A stretch of DNA of 64,000 nucleotides, taken from Malacoraja senta (lineage: Eukaryota). The translations under genes and the position numbers were made by a program. The notes beneath the pieces were generated by a model. That model was not told the DNA's origin. It saw nothing but the letters and a program-made list of their open reading frames with translations, and made no database searches. The DNA is taken from contig CM075999.1 of NCBI GenBank assembly GCA_038087875.1, forward strand, positions 3,412,001 through 3,476,000, in the 5' to 3' direction. Positions 1-14,039 of this stretch are shown here, one piece after another; the first letter of the stretch is position 1, and every line of letters begins with the position of its first letter.

Positions 1-235
1 CTAGTGTGTGTAGGATAGTGTTAGTGTGTGGGGATCGCTGGTCGGCGCGGACTCGGTGGGCGAAGGGCCTGTTTCCACGCTGTAAACTAAACTACAGTAG
101 AATTTACTTCAGTTTGGGTGGTTTCACCTCTGCTTATCGTATCATCCATGGGAACTACCTGCAGCAATTCCAAACGTTTATCATTGCAGAAAATGTCAAA
201 GAGCGATTTAAGCTTTCAAAAACTGCAACACTTAC

Positions 236-366
236 CCAGAATCATCGGCAGTCAATTTTGCTTCCACAAACTCCTTGCCCATTTTCAACCTCTCCCATTC
301 CTCTTTCCTCGTTCTAATTTTTCGTGGATTCAAGTTGCCTCTATTTGATACATCCCTTTTTTCTTT
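236..366 (-). CDS. WASF2: WASF2 coding exon 5 (131 nt, basic region)
   Basis: GACTTCCAG|AAA GAA AAA AGG...GAT TCT GG|GTAAGT encodes [43 protein letters not shown](G). It lies within ORF 232..465. Confidence 0.93.
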
Positions 367-3300
367 CTGGAAGTCAAAACAGCATCGAACAGAGTTTAGA
401 TACATAGATACATAGAAAATAGGTGCAGGAGTAGACCATTCGGCCCTTCGAGCCTGCACCGCCATTCAATATGATCATGGCTGATCATCCAATTCAGTAT
501 CCCGTACCTGCCTTCTCTCCATACCCCCTGATCCCTTTAGCCACAAGGGCCACATCTAACTCCCTCTTAAATATAGCGGGAGTAATGGTTTAAATAAACA
601 ACAACAAAAACCAGCGGCGTGGTACAATGCACCACATATCTGCTAGTGTTGTCACATGTGTTACTCCAGCTGAGTTACTCCAGCATTTTGTGTCCATCTT
701 TGGTCAAGTAGTAGTTCTGTCTGAAGAAGGGTCCCAAACCCGAAATGCCATCTCTGTGTTCTCCAGAGTTGCTGCCTGACCCGCTGAGTTACTCCAGCAC
801 TTTGTGTCTTTCTTTGCTAAACAAGCATCTGCAGTTCAACAAGCAATTGTAAACATTGTGTACGCAAGTAAAGAATCTCACTGTGCCTAGTCACACGTGG
901 CAATAAAGTATTCCTGTTCCTAATCTTATTGTATGTCTGGTCAAGGTTGAAATCAGCTCCTCTACAAATACACTGGGTGTCACTGTACACTAATAAAAAA
1001 CCACCATTGGACAATCACGGTTTAGCAAATCATACACTTAAGATGGAAAGTATGTGGAGATTGAGTTTTAAAAAACAAAATAAAGATGAACTATTCTTTG
1101 TGGAATGTCACTCACAATTGGTAAAGTGTACACTGCAAATTTTAATAGTGCACAATTAATCAGATTCAGGACCCTTCCTCAGACTCAGTCTCTGAAATGT
1201 GTAGGAAGGAACTGCAGATGCTGGTTGGCACCGAAGATTGACACAGAGTGCTGGAGTAACTCAGTGGGTCAGGCAGCATCTCTAGAGAAAAAGGTTGGGT
1301 GATGTTTTGGGTTGGAACCCCTCCGAGACCAAGGAAGGGCCCCAACCCAAAACGTCGTCTGACCATCTCCCTCCACAGATGCTGCCCGACCCACTGTATT
1401 CCTCCAGCAGTGCGTTTGTTACTCAAGGTTCCAGCATCTGCAGATGCGTTGCCAGCATTCTAACTTATTTTTTGTCTAGCAATGTTAATGGTATCACGGC
1501 AGTTCACAGCTCGCTAGATTCTGGATATTCTTTGCCTTCCATCACAGTGAGGAGGTGTTGGAGATTCACTGTGATGGATGTTTGTGTAAATTGTGTTAAG
1601 TGTGTGTCTTGGTTTTTTTTTGTAATGTCATGAGTGCAGGAATGAAATTTCGTTCAAACCTTGTCTGTTTGAATGACAATAAAAGGCATTCTATTCTATT
1701 CTATATTCAGTACGTTCTATTTCACGCATTGACTGTTGAGACTGAAACATGAAACAGTACCCTGTGCTTCCTCTTTTCTTTCATTATGTCCTTCGTGTCT
1801 TGCAACATTTTTTCTTTCCAGAGGTCAAAGAAGTAGGACGGATCGGTGTAAAACTTAAGGCTGTCTTTCCCATCCTCCCTGCAACAAAAGAAGGTTACCA
1901 TGACCAAAACGTGAAAGGCTGCATGGATGTTAATGGACCAGGCCGCCAATACTGAGGATGACTCTGCAAAGAAGGCAACATTAAAGCAGCTTTTACCCTC
2001 CCTCAGATAAACAGAACAATTCCATACCCAGTCAAGTTTCTTGGTAGAAGTTGGTTTTGGAGTCAAAGCGTCAGTGCCTGAGCTGCACAACATAACACAG
2101 CAACAATATCAGGATAGACAAAAAATGCTGGAGAAACTCAGCGGGTGAGGCAGCATCTATGGAGAGAAGGAATAAGTTACGTTTCGGGTCAAGAAACGTC
2201 ACCTATTCCTTCTCTCCATAGATGCTGCCTCACCCGCTGAGTTTCTCCAGCATTTTTTTGTCTACCTTTGATTTTTCCAGCATCTGCAGTTCTTTCCTGA
2301 AGAATATCAAGATGTACTACATTATTACAGATGCTGTTTTAGAATAGTACTTTGATTAAAGCCGCGTCTGCCTAAAAATATCAATGTCGCGTCAAAGACT
2401 AATGAAAGTCTCTCTCCACCACTTCCAGCTAAGACTTTAATGAAAGAAGCGTTTAACTGGTCTTTCATCCCATTTGGCTTTTTGCTCAACTTGTGCACAA
2501 ATTGTGGGCTGTCACTTTTGTCCATCTGGTAACCGAAGAGCATTGAGATAGGTACATGTATAGGAAAGATTGAGGGATACGGGCCAGATGCAGGAAAAAA
2601 AGAGAGCTTAGTCAGCATGGCCGTTGGAGTATTGTGTGCAGATTTGGTCTCCAAATTTGAGGAAGGACATTCTTGCTATTGAGGGAGTGCAGCATTAATC
2701 AGCGTCACAATGTTAATTCCCAGGATTCGCGACTGTCATATGTTGAAAACATGGAGTGAATGGGCTTGTATACACTGGAATTTAGAAGGATGAGAGGGGA
2801 TCTTATTGAGACATGTAAGATTATTAAGGGATTGAACACGCTAGAGGCAGGAAACATGTTCCCGATGTTGGGGGAGTCCAGAACCAGGGGCCACAGTTTA
2901 AGAATAAGGGGTAGGCCATTTGGTACGGAGATGAGAAAAATGTTTTTCACACAGAGAGTTGTGAATCTGTGGAATTCTCTGCCTTAGAAGGCAGTGGAGG
3001 CCAATACTCTGGATGCTTTCACGAGAGAGTTAGATAGAGCTCATAAAGATAGCGGAGTCAAGGGATATGAGGAGAAGGCAGGAACGGGGTACTGATTGTG
3101 GATGATCAGCCATGATCACAGTGAATGGCGGTGCTGGCTCGAAGGGCCGAATGGCCTCCTCCTGCACCTGATGTCTATTGTAATTTACGTGGGGGTTACG
3201 TGCGTGAAAAGCAGCGCTTAATTTAAAAAACACACAAAATGAAAGCTTCACATGACTAAACTGCCACTGTGTAAATCTGTGCACGTTATTCCCAAAATAC

Positions 3301-6300
3301 GAATGTGTAAATCAAGCTTTGGTATTAAATGAACAAGCACGATATTTAATGAATCAAACACGTACAGAACAGAGATACTCCTGAAACAACTGTATACTTG
3401 GACTGGCCATCCGAGATTGGGTAGTATTTTTTTTAAGCTCAAAAGTGACTGCAAGACTAACAAAAGCATGTAAATTGATGCATCTCTGAACTTTGATTTA
3501 ATTATCGTTTTGGGAACATCGTGATCCATTACACCAGGGACAAGAACAGTTGTAAACAAAGTGCTTTTGTCAGAAAGCACAAACGAAACAGCGTACAAAA
3601 AGGTGAAAGTCTGTGAGTGGGCTGTAAACACACACGTTACCATTGTAGAGCAGACAGTCGATAGCCAGGAATCAATTATTCCTGGAACGAAGAAACTCTG
3701 TTTTTCTGAGTAATGTATTGATGGCATCATGCAGGCAATTTAATAGTTGGGATATGTTCTCATGATATTCCAGCTTTTCAATCAATGATATTTTTATTGT
3801 CACATGTACCCAAGTACAGTGAAACGCTTTGTTTTGTAACAAAATCATGCAGCAGCCCCCGCTCACCTGGGGACCGCGCGAGCATCGCTGTGTTTTGCCG
3901 CTGACAAAGTTACACAAAAGTTCACCGAACTTTACCACCAATCAGATTTTTATCAAATCACTACTAGACAAAAGTGCTGGAGAAACTCAGCGGGTGCAGC
4001 ACCATCTATGGAGCGAAGGAAATAGGCAACGTTTCGGGTCGAAACCTTTCTTCAGACTGATGGAGGGTGGGGGGTGGGCAGGGAGAAGAAAGGAAAAAGG
4101 AGGAGGAGGAGCCCGAGGGCTGAGGGAGAGCTAGGAAGGGGAGGTGACAGCAAGGGCTTACGGAATTGGGAGAATTCAATGTTTATGCCACTAGAGTGCA
4201 GACTGCCCAAGCGGAATATGAGGTGCTGTTCCTCCAATTTCCGGTGGTGCTCACTCTGGCTATGGAGGAGGCCCAGGACAGAAAGGTCAGATACGGAATG
4301 GGAGGGGGAGTTGAAGTGCTGAGCCACCAGGAGGTCAGAAGTGCTGAGCCACCGGGAGATCAAATCAGTACTGGGCAGGCCCCATATCAGAAGCGTCCAC
4401 GTCGCGGGGCTGGAAACTGGACATATCCCAAGCTCATTCTGCTACCACCATCATCTATTGCAACAAGTGATGGCTCCCACTGATTGTCGCCGGAAGCTCG
4501 CGTCCTTTTCAGGACGGACGATGACAGCGATGTCAACATTTGAAACATGGAAGATGGACATTGCAAGTGTGGGCACAAGCATGCAGTAAATATTTCCCTC
4601 TCCCTGCCCAAAATAATTAGGCTATCAGCTGGAATAATTAAAGATTGAAATTATCGTATAGGAACAAAATTACATCCTTTTACGGTTACTTGCAGAAACA
4701 ATTATAGTTAGCAACATTTCAATTCAATCGTATTTATTTAGCTTCTCGTACCTGTATGGGGTTAGAATTGTAAGAGGCGGCGGCTTATCACAAGTATTAT
4801 ACGTGTCGTGAATGGGAATCGGCAGCGAGGAGCGACGGAACATTTGCTGGTCCTGATTTGTGGAGCTCTTGAAGGCTTTCCTCAGGTTAATAGTTTGCAG
4901 TGAAACTGAAAACATAGCAAGGTTAAAAAGTCAACTATATTCATATCCATGTATTAGTTAACTTTCAGAAGCATCGACAATTAAAATTCTGTATGGTTCT
5001 GCTCTATTAGAAACATAGACAATAGGTGCAGGAGTAGGCCTCTCATCCTTTCGAGCCAGCACTGCCATTCAATATGATCATGGCTGATCATCCAAAATTA
5101 GTACTCCGTTCCTGCTTTCTCCCCATATCCCTTGATTCCGTTAGCAAGGGATTATCTTCCAATTGCACAGTTTAGAGATAGAATGTGGAAACACGAGCAA
5201 GTCCACGCCAACCAGCTAGTCACCTGTACACTAGTTCTATCCTACACTCTCGGGACAATTTACAGAAGCCAATTAATCCACAAACCTGCATGTCTTTGGA
5301 ACGTGGGAGGAAACCGGAGCACCCGGAGAAAACCCACACGGTCACAGGGAGAATGTATAAACTTCGTACAGACAGCACTCGCAGTCAGGATGGAACCTGG
5401 GTCTCTGAAGCTGTAAGGCAGCAGCTCTACCACTGCGCCACTGTGCAGCCCAAATAATCAAATATCCGTCCTACATGCACAAGCTAAGCCAGTATTCTGC
5501 TCATGTCTTGCTTTTTTTCTCACTCAATAACCACACTTACTTTTCCCAATTGAAGCATTTTATGCAAGGGAATGAAATTCTGCTCGCTATCTCATGTGTT
5601 TGAGGAAGTCCTTACAGTCTACACTGAAGTAAAATGATAAAGATTAGAGAAGTATTAAAGGCAGACAAAAATGGTGGCGAAACTCAGCGGGTGAGGCAGC
5701 ATCCATGGAGCGAAGGAATAGGCAACGTTTCGGGTCGAGACCCTTCTTCAGACTGATGGGGGGGGGGGGGGGTCTCGACCCGAAACGTCGCCTATTCCTT
5801 CGCTCCATAGATGCTGCCGCACCCGCTGAGTTTCTCCAGCAATTTTGTCTACCTTCGATTTTTCCAGCATCTGCAGTTCTTTCTTAAACTAAACCAAGGT
5901 GGGTGTAAAATGGAGTTTGTGTAAGAAGGGTCTCGACCCCAAACGTCACCCATTCCTTCTCTCCAGAGATGCTGCCTCACCCGCTGAGTTTCTCCAGCAT
6001 TTTTGTCCACCTTCGATTTTTCCAGCATCTGCAGTTCTTTCTCATACAGGGAAGTATCAAAGCTTATTCCTGGACTCTGTGTCATACACAGCTGCAACAT
6101 ACAAGTTTTCTTTATCTGTTGCCGGGTGTCAGCTTAAAATGATTGGTACTTCAGTGGCACTGCGGTCTATTTCATGACTCAGCTTCACTACATTGGTAAA
6201 AGAGATGCTCAAAGTGGGTCTAAAGTGCTGCAGTTTGGAAGATGTGGAGTGTTTTTATAACTGGAGCTTCCAAAAAAAAAAGCATACTTTCCCCTCCCCA

Positions 6301-9031
6301 CCCTCACCCCATTGAAACCCTGCTCATAGATTCATAGCAGGCACGTGCTGTGAGTAATTATTCACGGTAGGCACTAGGCAGTCAGTCGACTTTTAAAAAT
6401 CGTAAAAATCCATGAAGAAGGGTTTCCATAGATGCTGCCTCACCCGCTGAGTTTCTCCAGCACTTTTGTCAACCTTCAGTTTTCGAGCATCTGCAGTTCC
6501 TTCTTAAACAAGTTGGAGAAAGGCTAGGCGATGTTAATGTAATCATTTTTGGGGAGAAACCATCCTTACCATCTTCTACTTTGGGATCCAGCTGCGTTAC
6601 TTTAACTTGCAACCGGTCAATCCGTTCTCCGAGACTGTTTACTCTGCTAGCAAACTTGCCCGCTTCCTGAAACAGCTCGCCAAAAATGTCTTCGGCATAT
6701 CTACCTGCAAGTATTTAAAATGACAAATTAGCAGTCAAGACTTGTCAAAGGCTCAGCGCAAGATGCCAGGATTACAGCTCTCCAGATACTTTATTGCCCT
6801 TGCAGGCAAACATATTCATACAATCAAGAGTAACACAGCATGGAAACAGGCTCTTCGGCCCGATTGGGCAATGTCAGCCATGACGCCAAGGTAGTACAAT
6901 TTGCCCGCGTTTGGCCCATATCCCTCTAAACCTTTCCTAACTATGTTCCTGTCCAAATGTCTTTTAAATGTTGTTATTGTACCTGTGGCAGTTCGTTCCA
7001 TATACCGACCACCCTCCAAGTTGCCCCTTAGGTTTCTATTAAATCTTTCCCCTCTCCCCTTAAACCTTATGCCCTTTAGTTTTAATTCCCTTCCCTGGGG
7101 AAAAAAATGGTGCATTTAATTTATCTCTGCCCCTCATGATTTTATGCATTTTTAAGGTCACCCTTCAGTCTCCCATGTTCTAAGGAATAAAGTCCTAGAG
7201 TGTCCAACCTCCCCCTACAACTCAGGCCCTCGATTCAAGCAGCATTCTCATCAATCTTCTATGCACTCTTTCCAGATTAGCAGCATCTTTCGTAAAGCTG
7301 GTGATCAAAACCGTGCACAAGACTCCGTGCAGTGCCACCAAATGCAACACAACATCCCAATTCCTATACTCAGTGCCCTGACTGATGAAAACCAATGTAT
7401 CAAACACTTTCTACATCAGCCTGTCTACCTGTGACGCCACTTTCAGGAATCTATTACTTAAACTATTAGGTCCCGTTGTCCCCAAGTCCTAACCTGGTTT
7501 GACTTCCCAAAATGTAACACGTTACATGTATAATATAAAATATTTATCCTGAATAAACTACAAAATGATGAGAGGAAATGATCGGGTAGACACAAAGTCT
7601 CTAGCCGACAATAGGGGAATAGAGAACCATAGGTTTAAGGTGAGGGGGAAAAGATTTAAGAGGAACCAGAGGGACATGGCCAGATGCAGGCAGGTGGGAC
7701 TACTGTAGCTGGGACATGTTGGTCGGTATGGGGAAGTTGGGCCGAAGGGCCTGTTTCCACGTTGTATGACTGACTCTATGACTCTTACATCCATAAACAT
7801 TTTTAAAGTGCAAAATACTTTAATATAAAGATGCAAATATCTCAACATTTCCTGGATTCGTTTACTGAGACAAGACTTGAGATCAATAGATCAATTTCCT
7901 TCCATTTGAGACAGAAAGCCAACTCTGATTACACTCCCCGTCTACATCACAAAACAAGATTGCAGCTTTCCTGAGGACACACTTCCTCTTCTCAGATGAC
8001 GCCACTTGAAACTACAGTTGAGTAAGCTGAAACAAGAGCCAAAGCAAATGGTGCACGGTCAATAAAAGAGAAACCGCAGGTTGTTAGCAGCGAAAGAATG
8101 AAACAGGCCACATACATTATGACCTCCTGGGCAGATTAGCAAATAAGAGGTAGAACTCGTTATCACTTAGAAACATAGAAAATAAGTGCAGTAGTAGGCC
8201 ATTCGGCCCTTCGTGCCAGCACCACCATTCAATATGATCATGGCTGATCATCCACAATCAGTACCCTGTTCCTGCTTTCTCCCCATATCCCTTGATTCCG
8301 TTAGCTCCAAGAGCTATATCTAACTCTCTCTTGAAACTTAGCCCTCAGCCAACAATGGACTGTGGGGGAAGGAACTGCAGATGAAGGGTCTCAACCCGAA
8401 ATGCCAACTATTCCGTTTCTCCAGAGATGCTGTCTGACCCGCTGAGTTACTCCAGCTGTTTGTGCCAACAATGGACTGTTTCCTTGATCATCGTTACTTT
8501 TTCGCATATCTTTCATTCATTTGTTCTATATCTCTCTATATCACCATCTATATCACCTTTCCACTGACTCTCACTCTGAAGAAGGGTCTCGACCCGAAAC
8601 GTCTCCTATTCCTTTTCTCCAGAGATGCTGCCTGATCTGCTGAGTTACTCCAGCTTTTTTGTGTCCAGCATCTGCAGTTCCTTCCGACACAAGAGGTATT
8701 TAAATTTTAGGCATCTTCTCATCGTTGAAGACAGTGGAGGTGCGTTTTTTAAGAAGGCGGAATTAACTTGATTTAAGACTTAAGGGAACACGAGAAAATG
8801 TATTTGAATAAAGATTTTAGAAGAAAAGGTGAGAAAAAGAAGATTTTATTTTACCACAGAAACAGGCTCTCTGTCATGTTCTGCAGGCAATTACTTACTC
8901 AAGCTGCCGAGCTGCCTGATGACATTTGAAAGTGTGGTGTTTGTCACACACTCTAATTCACTCGAGACGCTGCTGGGCAGAGGCTGGCGACACAAGTGTC
9001 TTGGTTCAATGTTCCTCGTCACTAAAGGCAT
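236..9031 (-). CDS. WASF2: WASF2/WAVE2 (WASP family member 2), 5' part: join of complement(8899..9031, 6570..6704, 4752..4905, 1761..1878, 236..366); 3' exons lie beyond the left edge of the window
   Basis: The exons splice in frame with GT-AG boundaries (133+135+154+118+131 nt). They translate to [224 protein letters not shown]. The motifs [44 protein letters not shown] and NPRKIxTRKEEWE match WAVE2 rather than WAVE1/3 as I recall them. Confidence 0.95.
1761..1878 (-). CDS. WASF2: WASF2 coding exon 4 (118 nt)
   Basis: TTGTTGCAG|G GAG GAT GGG...CAC AGG|GTACTG encodes [39 protein letters not shown]. It lies within ORF 1722..2093. Confidence 0.95.
2620..3180 (+). mobile_element. CR1 3' fragment
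   Basis: ORF 2760..2987 reads [20 protein letters not shown]...[11 protein letters not shown]...[10 protein letters not shown], followed by the CR1 3' UTR. Confidence 0.88.
3964..4332 (-). mobile_element. Penelope-like element 3' fragment (GIY-YIG C-terminus and pLTR)
   Basis: ORF 4052..4363 contains [22 protein letters not shown]...[11 protein letters not shown], the same family as 17549-18634. Confidence 0.85.
4752..4905 (-). CDS. WASF2: WASF2 coding exon 3 (154 nt)
   Basis: TTTTCAG|TT TCA CTG CAA...CCA TAC AG|GTACGA encodes (V)[20 protein letters not shown]...[13 protein letters not shown](R). It lies within ORF 4724..4915. Confidence 0.95.
6570..6704 (-). CDS. WASF2: WASF2 coding exon 2 (135 nt)
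   Basis: TTGCAG|GT AGA TAT GCC GAA GAC ATT TTT GGC GAG...CCC AAA GTA GAA GAT G|GTAAGG encodes (S)[44 protein letters not shown]. Confidence 0.95.
8899..9031 (-). CDS. WASF2: WASF2 first coding exon (ATG at 9031); the exon itself starts at 9067 with 36 nt of 5' UTR
   Basis: The minus strand reads (T)n-GCATTTCCAG|ATCTCT...ACTACA-ATG CCT TTA GTG ACG AGG...AGC TTG A|GTAAGT and encodes [16 protein letters not shown]...IRQLGSL. It is absent from the ORF track because it is short. Confidence 0.95.
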
Positions 9032-12000
9032 TGTAGTCCAGGTTCAGGCACCGTTCAAGATAGAGATCTGGAAATGCAAAAAAAAAAAAAAAAAAAAGTT
9101 GAGTATTCCACGTACGATATAGTTAAAAATCACAGATTACAATCACCGCATGACAACTTCAGTCCTGATTTTTTTGGGACAGAATTATTACAACGATCGT
9201 CCTTCTGCTAAAACACAATTTTGAACTAACATTACTCGACACTTAGGTTCATTCCAAAGGCATCCCACAAAATAATAGTTCTGAAAAAACACATTTCCAT
9301 TATAGATTCAAAGTGTTATTTCTGAGCTCATGAGGCTGATGAAGATGCAGTCTTTTACCCAGAGTAAACCAAGAACCAGAGACAAGGGTTTAAGGTGAGA
9401 TGGGAAAGATATAGAAACCTGAAGAGCAACTTTGTCACAAAGAAGGTGGTGTGTATTTAGAATGAACTGCCAGAGGAGCTGGTCAAGGCAGGTGCTATAA
9501 AAACATTTCAAAGACATTTGGACATGTCGCGAGGTGACGCCTGTATGGTCGTGAGTGGTCGCCCAAAGAGTCGTACCTCTTTCTGGTCGCCGCTGGATTT
9601 TCAACGTTGAAAATATTCGGCGACCTGCTGCAACTATGACGGGTACCTGCAGTCGCCGAAAAAAAACGCGTAAGTGGGACAGGCCCTTTACTTCATGCCA
9701 ATGGCAAACCTTTGCTACATCAGAATGCTGTACCACTGTTTAAATGAATGGCTGGAACGTGCCACAAGATCCCCAAGAATTCAAGTGCTGCAGGAGCCAC
9801 ACCCTTATGCTGTGCATCACACATCGATGCAGGATATGCTGGTAAATCTCAGGCCACTACACTGGGTACTGTTCAAGGTTCTATTTAACACAAGTGCTGC
9901 CTGATTGCTTACATTTAAGCTGAAATGCCCGCCCATGTACCAAGTCTGAGTGAATGACAGGTCTTACAAAAAACAGGTTTTATTATTTTACATCTGCGAT
10001 CATGGACTGGAAGCTAAAGCTTTCAATAGAATTACAGTTCTTCCCAACGAATGCAGGAATTAATCAATTATGTACATATATTGTACAAATGCAAAAGATG
10101 AAAGTCACTTAAAGGTATCAACTCTAAAACACTTCTAATGCATGCCTTCTAAATGAAATGCAAATGACAGCAAACTGTTGCAATGTAAATAGCTGAGATT
10201 ATTCTCCAATGAGGATGTCCACATACCACAGCATTTACACAAGAATTTCCATAGGAGGCATTTGTCAGGAAAATTCCTATTTTAAGATGCCTTTAGACAT
10301 TAGATACAGCGTGGAAACAGGCTCTTCATCCCACCGAGTCCGCGCCGTCCAGCGATCCCCGTAAAGTTACACTACCTTACACATTATGGACAATTTTTAA
10401 AATGTACCTGTACGTCTTTGAAGTGTGGGAGGAAACCGGAGAACACTGAAAAAACCCATGCGGTCAGAGTGTGAACGTACAGACTCCGTACAGACAGCAC
10501 CCATAGTCAGGATCGAACCCGGGTATCTAGCGCTGTAAGGCAGCAATTCTACTGCTGCACCACCGCAGTACCCAAAATTCTTTAAAATAGTCTTTAACAA
10601 GGATCAAGGATAGATTGTGAAAACTGGATTTTCCAAAAACATAAGGTGAATGAAAATATCTGACAATCATATTAAGGATCTGGTAGGACTTGCAATAATT
10701 ATACTCGAGCTGGCATACACAAGAGTTAAACTCTGTGTTAGAGAGTACAATGGTACGTGGCAATCCTGTGAACTTTGTTTCTCTGTACAGATCCCCACCA
10801 GATTAAGAACGCCCAACCTAAGTATTAAGAAGGAACTGCAGATGCTGGAAAATCAAAGGTAGACATAAATGCTGGAGAAACTCAGCGGGTGAGGCAGCAT
10901 CTATGGAGCGAAGGAAATAGGCGACGTTTCGGGTCGAGACGTCGCCTATTTTTGTCTACCCCCAACCTAAGTGTCGTGTGTTTGGCAGTCCGGCAGGATT
11001 GGCTGCCGGGTGGGAACTCAATTTAATGCCTGGATTTAACGGTATATTGTCCTTGGTTGGCCAAATTTTGAAAATGTAATTGTATTGGCCATTCCTGACT
11101 TGCAAACTGTTTTGGTCACCAACAGCCCTCAGGAACAGGACCTTGTTGTAACCGAGGAAGGGCCTGCAGTACAAACAGACAATAGAAGTGAACAGACCAC
11201 TGACCCTACACGTTTCAGCAAGGTGTCTAACATACTGACGCTCAGCAAACATTCAGACTATAAGCCCACATTGTCAAAACTGTTCCAGTTCAATGAACAG
11301 AGACTTCCTATCGGAAGCATTGCAGTTCTTCCTGAAGTCTGGTGTGGAAGCAGCTGTAACAAATTTGCACAGGCAGTCAAAGTTTGTGAGATAAACACGA
11401 ATTAAAATGGCATTCGTCCCAACATATGCTGACAACAATTCAATTTCTGTAAAATGAGATATCCTATCACTTTCCTGCATCTGGCAATCTGCCGCTGACT
11501 ATTTTTTCATCAAACTGTTCTCCATTTTAAAGATAGACAAAAATGCTGGAGGAACTCAGCGGGGGAGGCAGCATCTATGGAGAGAAGGAACAGGCGACAT
11601 TTCTTCTCTCCATAGATGCTGCCTCCCCCGCTGAGTTCCTCCAGCATTTTTGTCACTTAAGGTCTGTCCATTTTAAAGATAATTATTTTATCAGTTAGCG
11701 TTTACAGGGAAAATAGTCCACATTTAAGGCAACATGCCGCCAACATATCATTCCAAAAGCAATACTTCACGCAAAGGTGTATGGAACAAGCTGCCCGAGG
11801 AGGTAGGTGAGGCAGGTACTATTGCAATGTCTGAGAGAACATTTAGCTAGGTACATGGATAGGACAGGATTGGAGGGATGTGGGACAAACGCAGGCAGGT
11901 GGGACGAGTGTAGATGGGACATGCTGGCCGGAGTGGGCAAGTTGGGCCGAAGGGCCTGTTTCCACACTGTATCACTCTGTGACCCTACTGAATATTGTTG

Positions 12001-13855
12001 TAACAACACATTACTTTTGAATATTCGTAAAATAACTGAAAAACAAATAATACAAGTTTAAATATTAATAACTCTGCACACAAATAGTTTTTAGATTTAT
12101 TTTGGTTTCGGCAAAGATTTGTACTTAAAATTAAACGTACGTAACAAAATGAACTCAAACCATCATTGGAAGTTAAATAGGTTCATTTTGTGTAGGAAGG
12201 AACTGCAGATGCTGATTTGCACTGAAGATAGATACAAAATGCCGGAGTAACGCAGCAGGACAGGCAGCAACTCTGGAGAGAAGGAATGGGTGATGTTTCG
12301 GGTCGAGACCTTTCTTCACACTCTGAAGAAAGGTCTCAACCCGAAACGTCACCCATTCCTTCTCTCCAGGTATTTCATTTTGGTCTGCTAAACATTATTG
12401 CAGCCATTCCACTATCACCAGCTCCCTGGAATACAGTGCAACATTTTATAGCACAAAGAATCAATTACCAAAAACGGAACTAGCCATTACAATTTGCAAC
12501 AATGATTCCCGTTAAAAAATAAAAATATTGCAGATGCAAAAATCATTATTTATTCTGTGATGTTACAACTCTACACAATAGGAAGTATTGCTTTTGGAAT
12601 GATATATTGGTGGCATGTTGGCTTAAATATGGACTATTCTTCCTGTAAATTCTAACTGACAAAATAATTATTTTTAAAACAGCGAAGAGTTTGATGGAAA
12701 ATAGTCAGGGGCAGGGGCAGGTTCCAAAATTAAAATCCTGGAACTACTCTAGATCAGGCAGCACTCTATGGAGACAGTCACAGTTAACGTTTCAGGTCTC
12801 TGGCTATCCTCGGAGCGGGATCCCTCGCCGGGGATAGCCAGAGAAGAGTTCCGACCGCCGGCCTGCGGCCTACAACATCCTGAAGCCTTGGTCTCTGGTA
12901 AGAAAGCGCCGATTCGGGACCTCCAAGCTGCGGAGTGTGTTCGACCGTCCCGACGAGAGGGCCTGTACATCCGGCCGTCCATAGCGTCGACTGCGGAGGT
13001 TTATGGCCCCTACCACGGGGGACCAAGGAGGAGGACTGATGGAACTTTGTGCTTCCACCACAGTGAAGAATTCTGTGGTGGATGTTTGTGTTAAATCCAA
13101 TTGTGTATTGTGTGTTCTTTTTTAATTGTACCGCTGCTGGCAAATTCATTTCACTGCACTTATATGTGTATGTGATGAATAAAACTGACTATTGCCTCTT
13201 GAGGTTGGTCATCGTTCATCATGATATAGCTTTGTTAACATATGCAAGTTTCCATTGGTCTGTCCTGAACTTGTCTTGTACTGGTTCCCTGCTAGTAGCT
13301 GTTTACTTTGTGGGTACATTACATTTATAGCAAGTACATCACTAAAATTAGGTCTTGGACCTTAAACCAACATAATTTTGAGGCAATTATTTTTAATTCA
13401 TAGGGTCTAGGGAACGCAATAAGCATTCATTTTCTCAACAGCCTCAATCATATCAATAGTTCCAGGAAATAAGAGCAAAAATCAAAGTGCTGGAGGAACT
13501 CAGCAGATCAGGCAGCATCCCTGGAGGGAATGGACAGATGATATTTTGGGTCAGGACCCTTCTTCGGACCAGGAAGCAACCTAGTCTTCCTGCCCGAGGA
13601 AGGGTTCCGATCCGAAATGTCACCCATTCCTTTTCTCCAGAGACGCTGTCTGACCCGCTGAGTTACTCCAGCATTTTGTGACTATCTTCAGTATAATCAG
13701 TCTGTTCCTTCCTACGCAGGAAGCAACCCAGCCCATTAATTGATGAAACTGGCAATATAGAACAGAAACAAAGTGCTGGAAACACCCAGAAAGTTCTGCA
13801 ATCGCGTTAAACGGTCCATGCATACAGACAACAGCAGGGATCCTGAGTTTCCAGT

Positions 13856-14039
13856 GTTTAAGAAAGAACTGCAGATGCTGGAAAATCGAAGGTAGACAAA
13901 AATGCTGGAGAAACTCAGCGGGCGCAGCAGCATCTATGGAGCGAAGGAAATAGGCAACGTTTCGGGCCGAAACGTTGCCTATTTCCTTCGCTCCGTAGAT
14001 GCTGCTGCACCCGCTGAGTTTCTCCAGCATTTTTGTCTA
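13856..14039. mobile_element. Non-coding Penelope pLTR-derived palindromic insertion
   Basis: 74-bp inverted arms (13892-14040, centre 13966). Flanking direct repeat CCTGAGTTTCCAGT at 13842-13855 and 14040-14053. Confidence 0.85.

Noticed and set aside
128..158. Possible 31-nt WASF2 micro-exon (CAG|GTAGTT...AGAG|GTGAAA, minus)
   Set aside because: In the incoming phase it gives GGG-TAG (immediate stop), has a weak polypyrimidine tract and shows no WAVE similarity. There is no evidence for a poison exon.
236..9031. Assignment to WASF1 or WASF3
   Set aside because: The N-terminal MPLVTRN and the [13 protein letters not shown]...[13 protein letters not shown] segment match WAVE2 as I recall it. 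A phylogeny would be the formal test.
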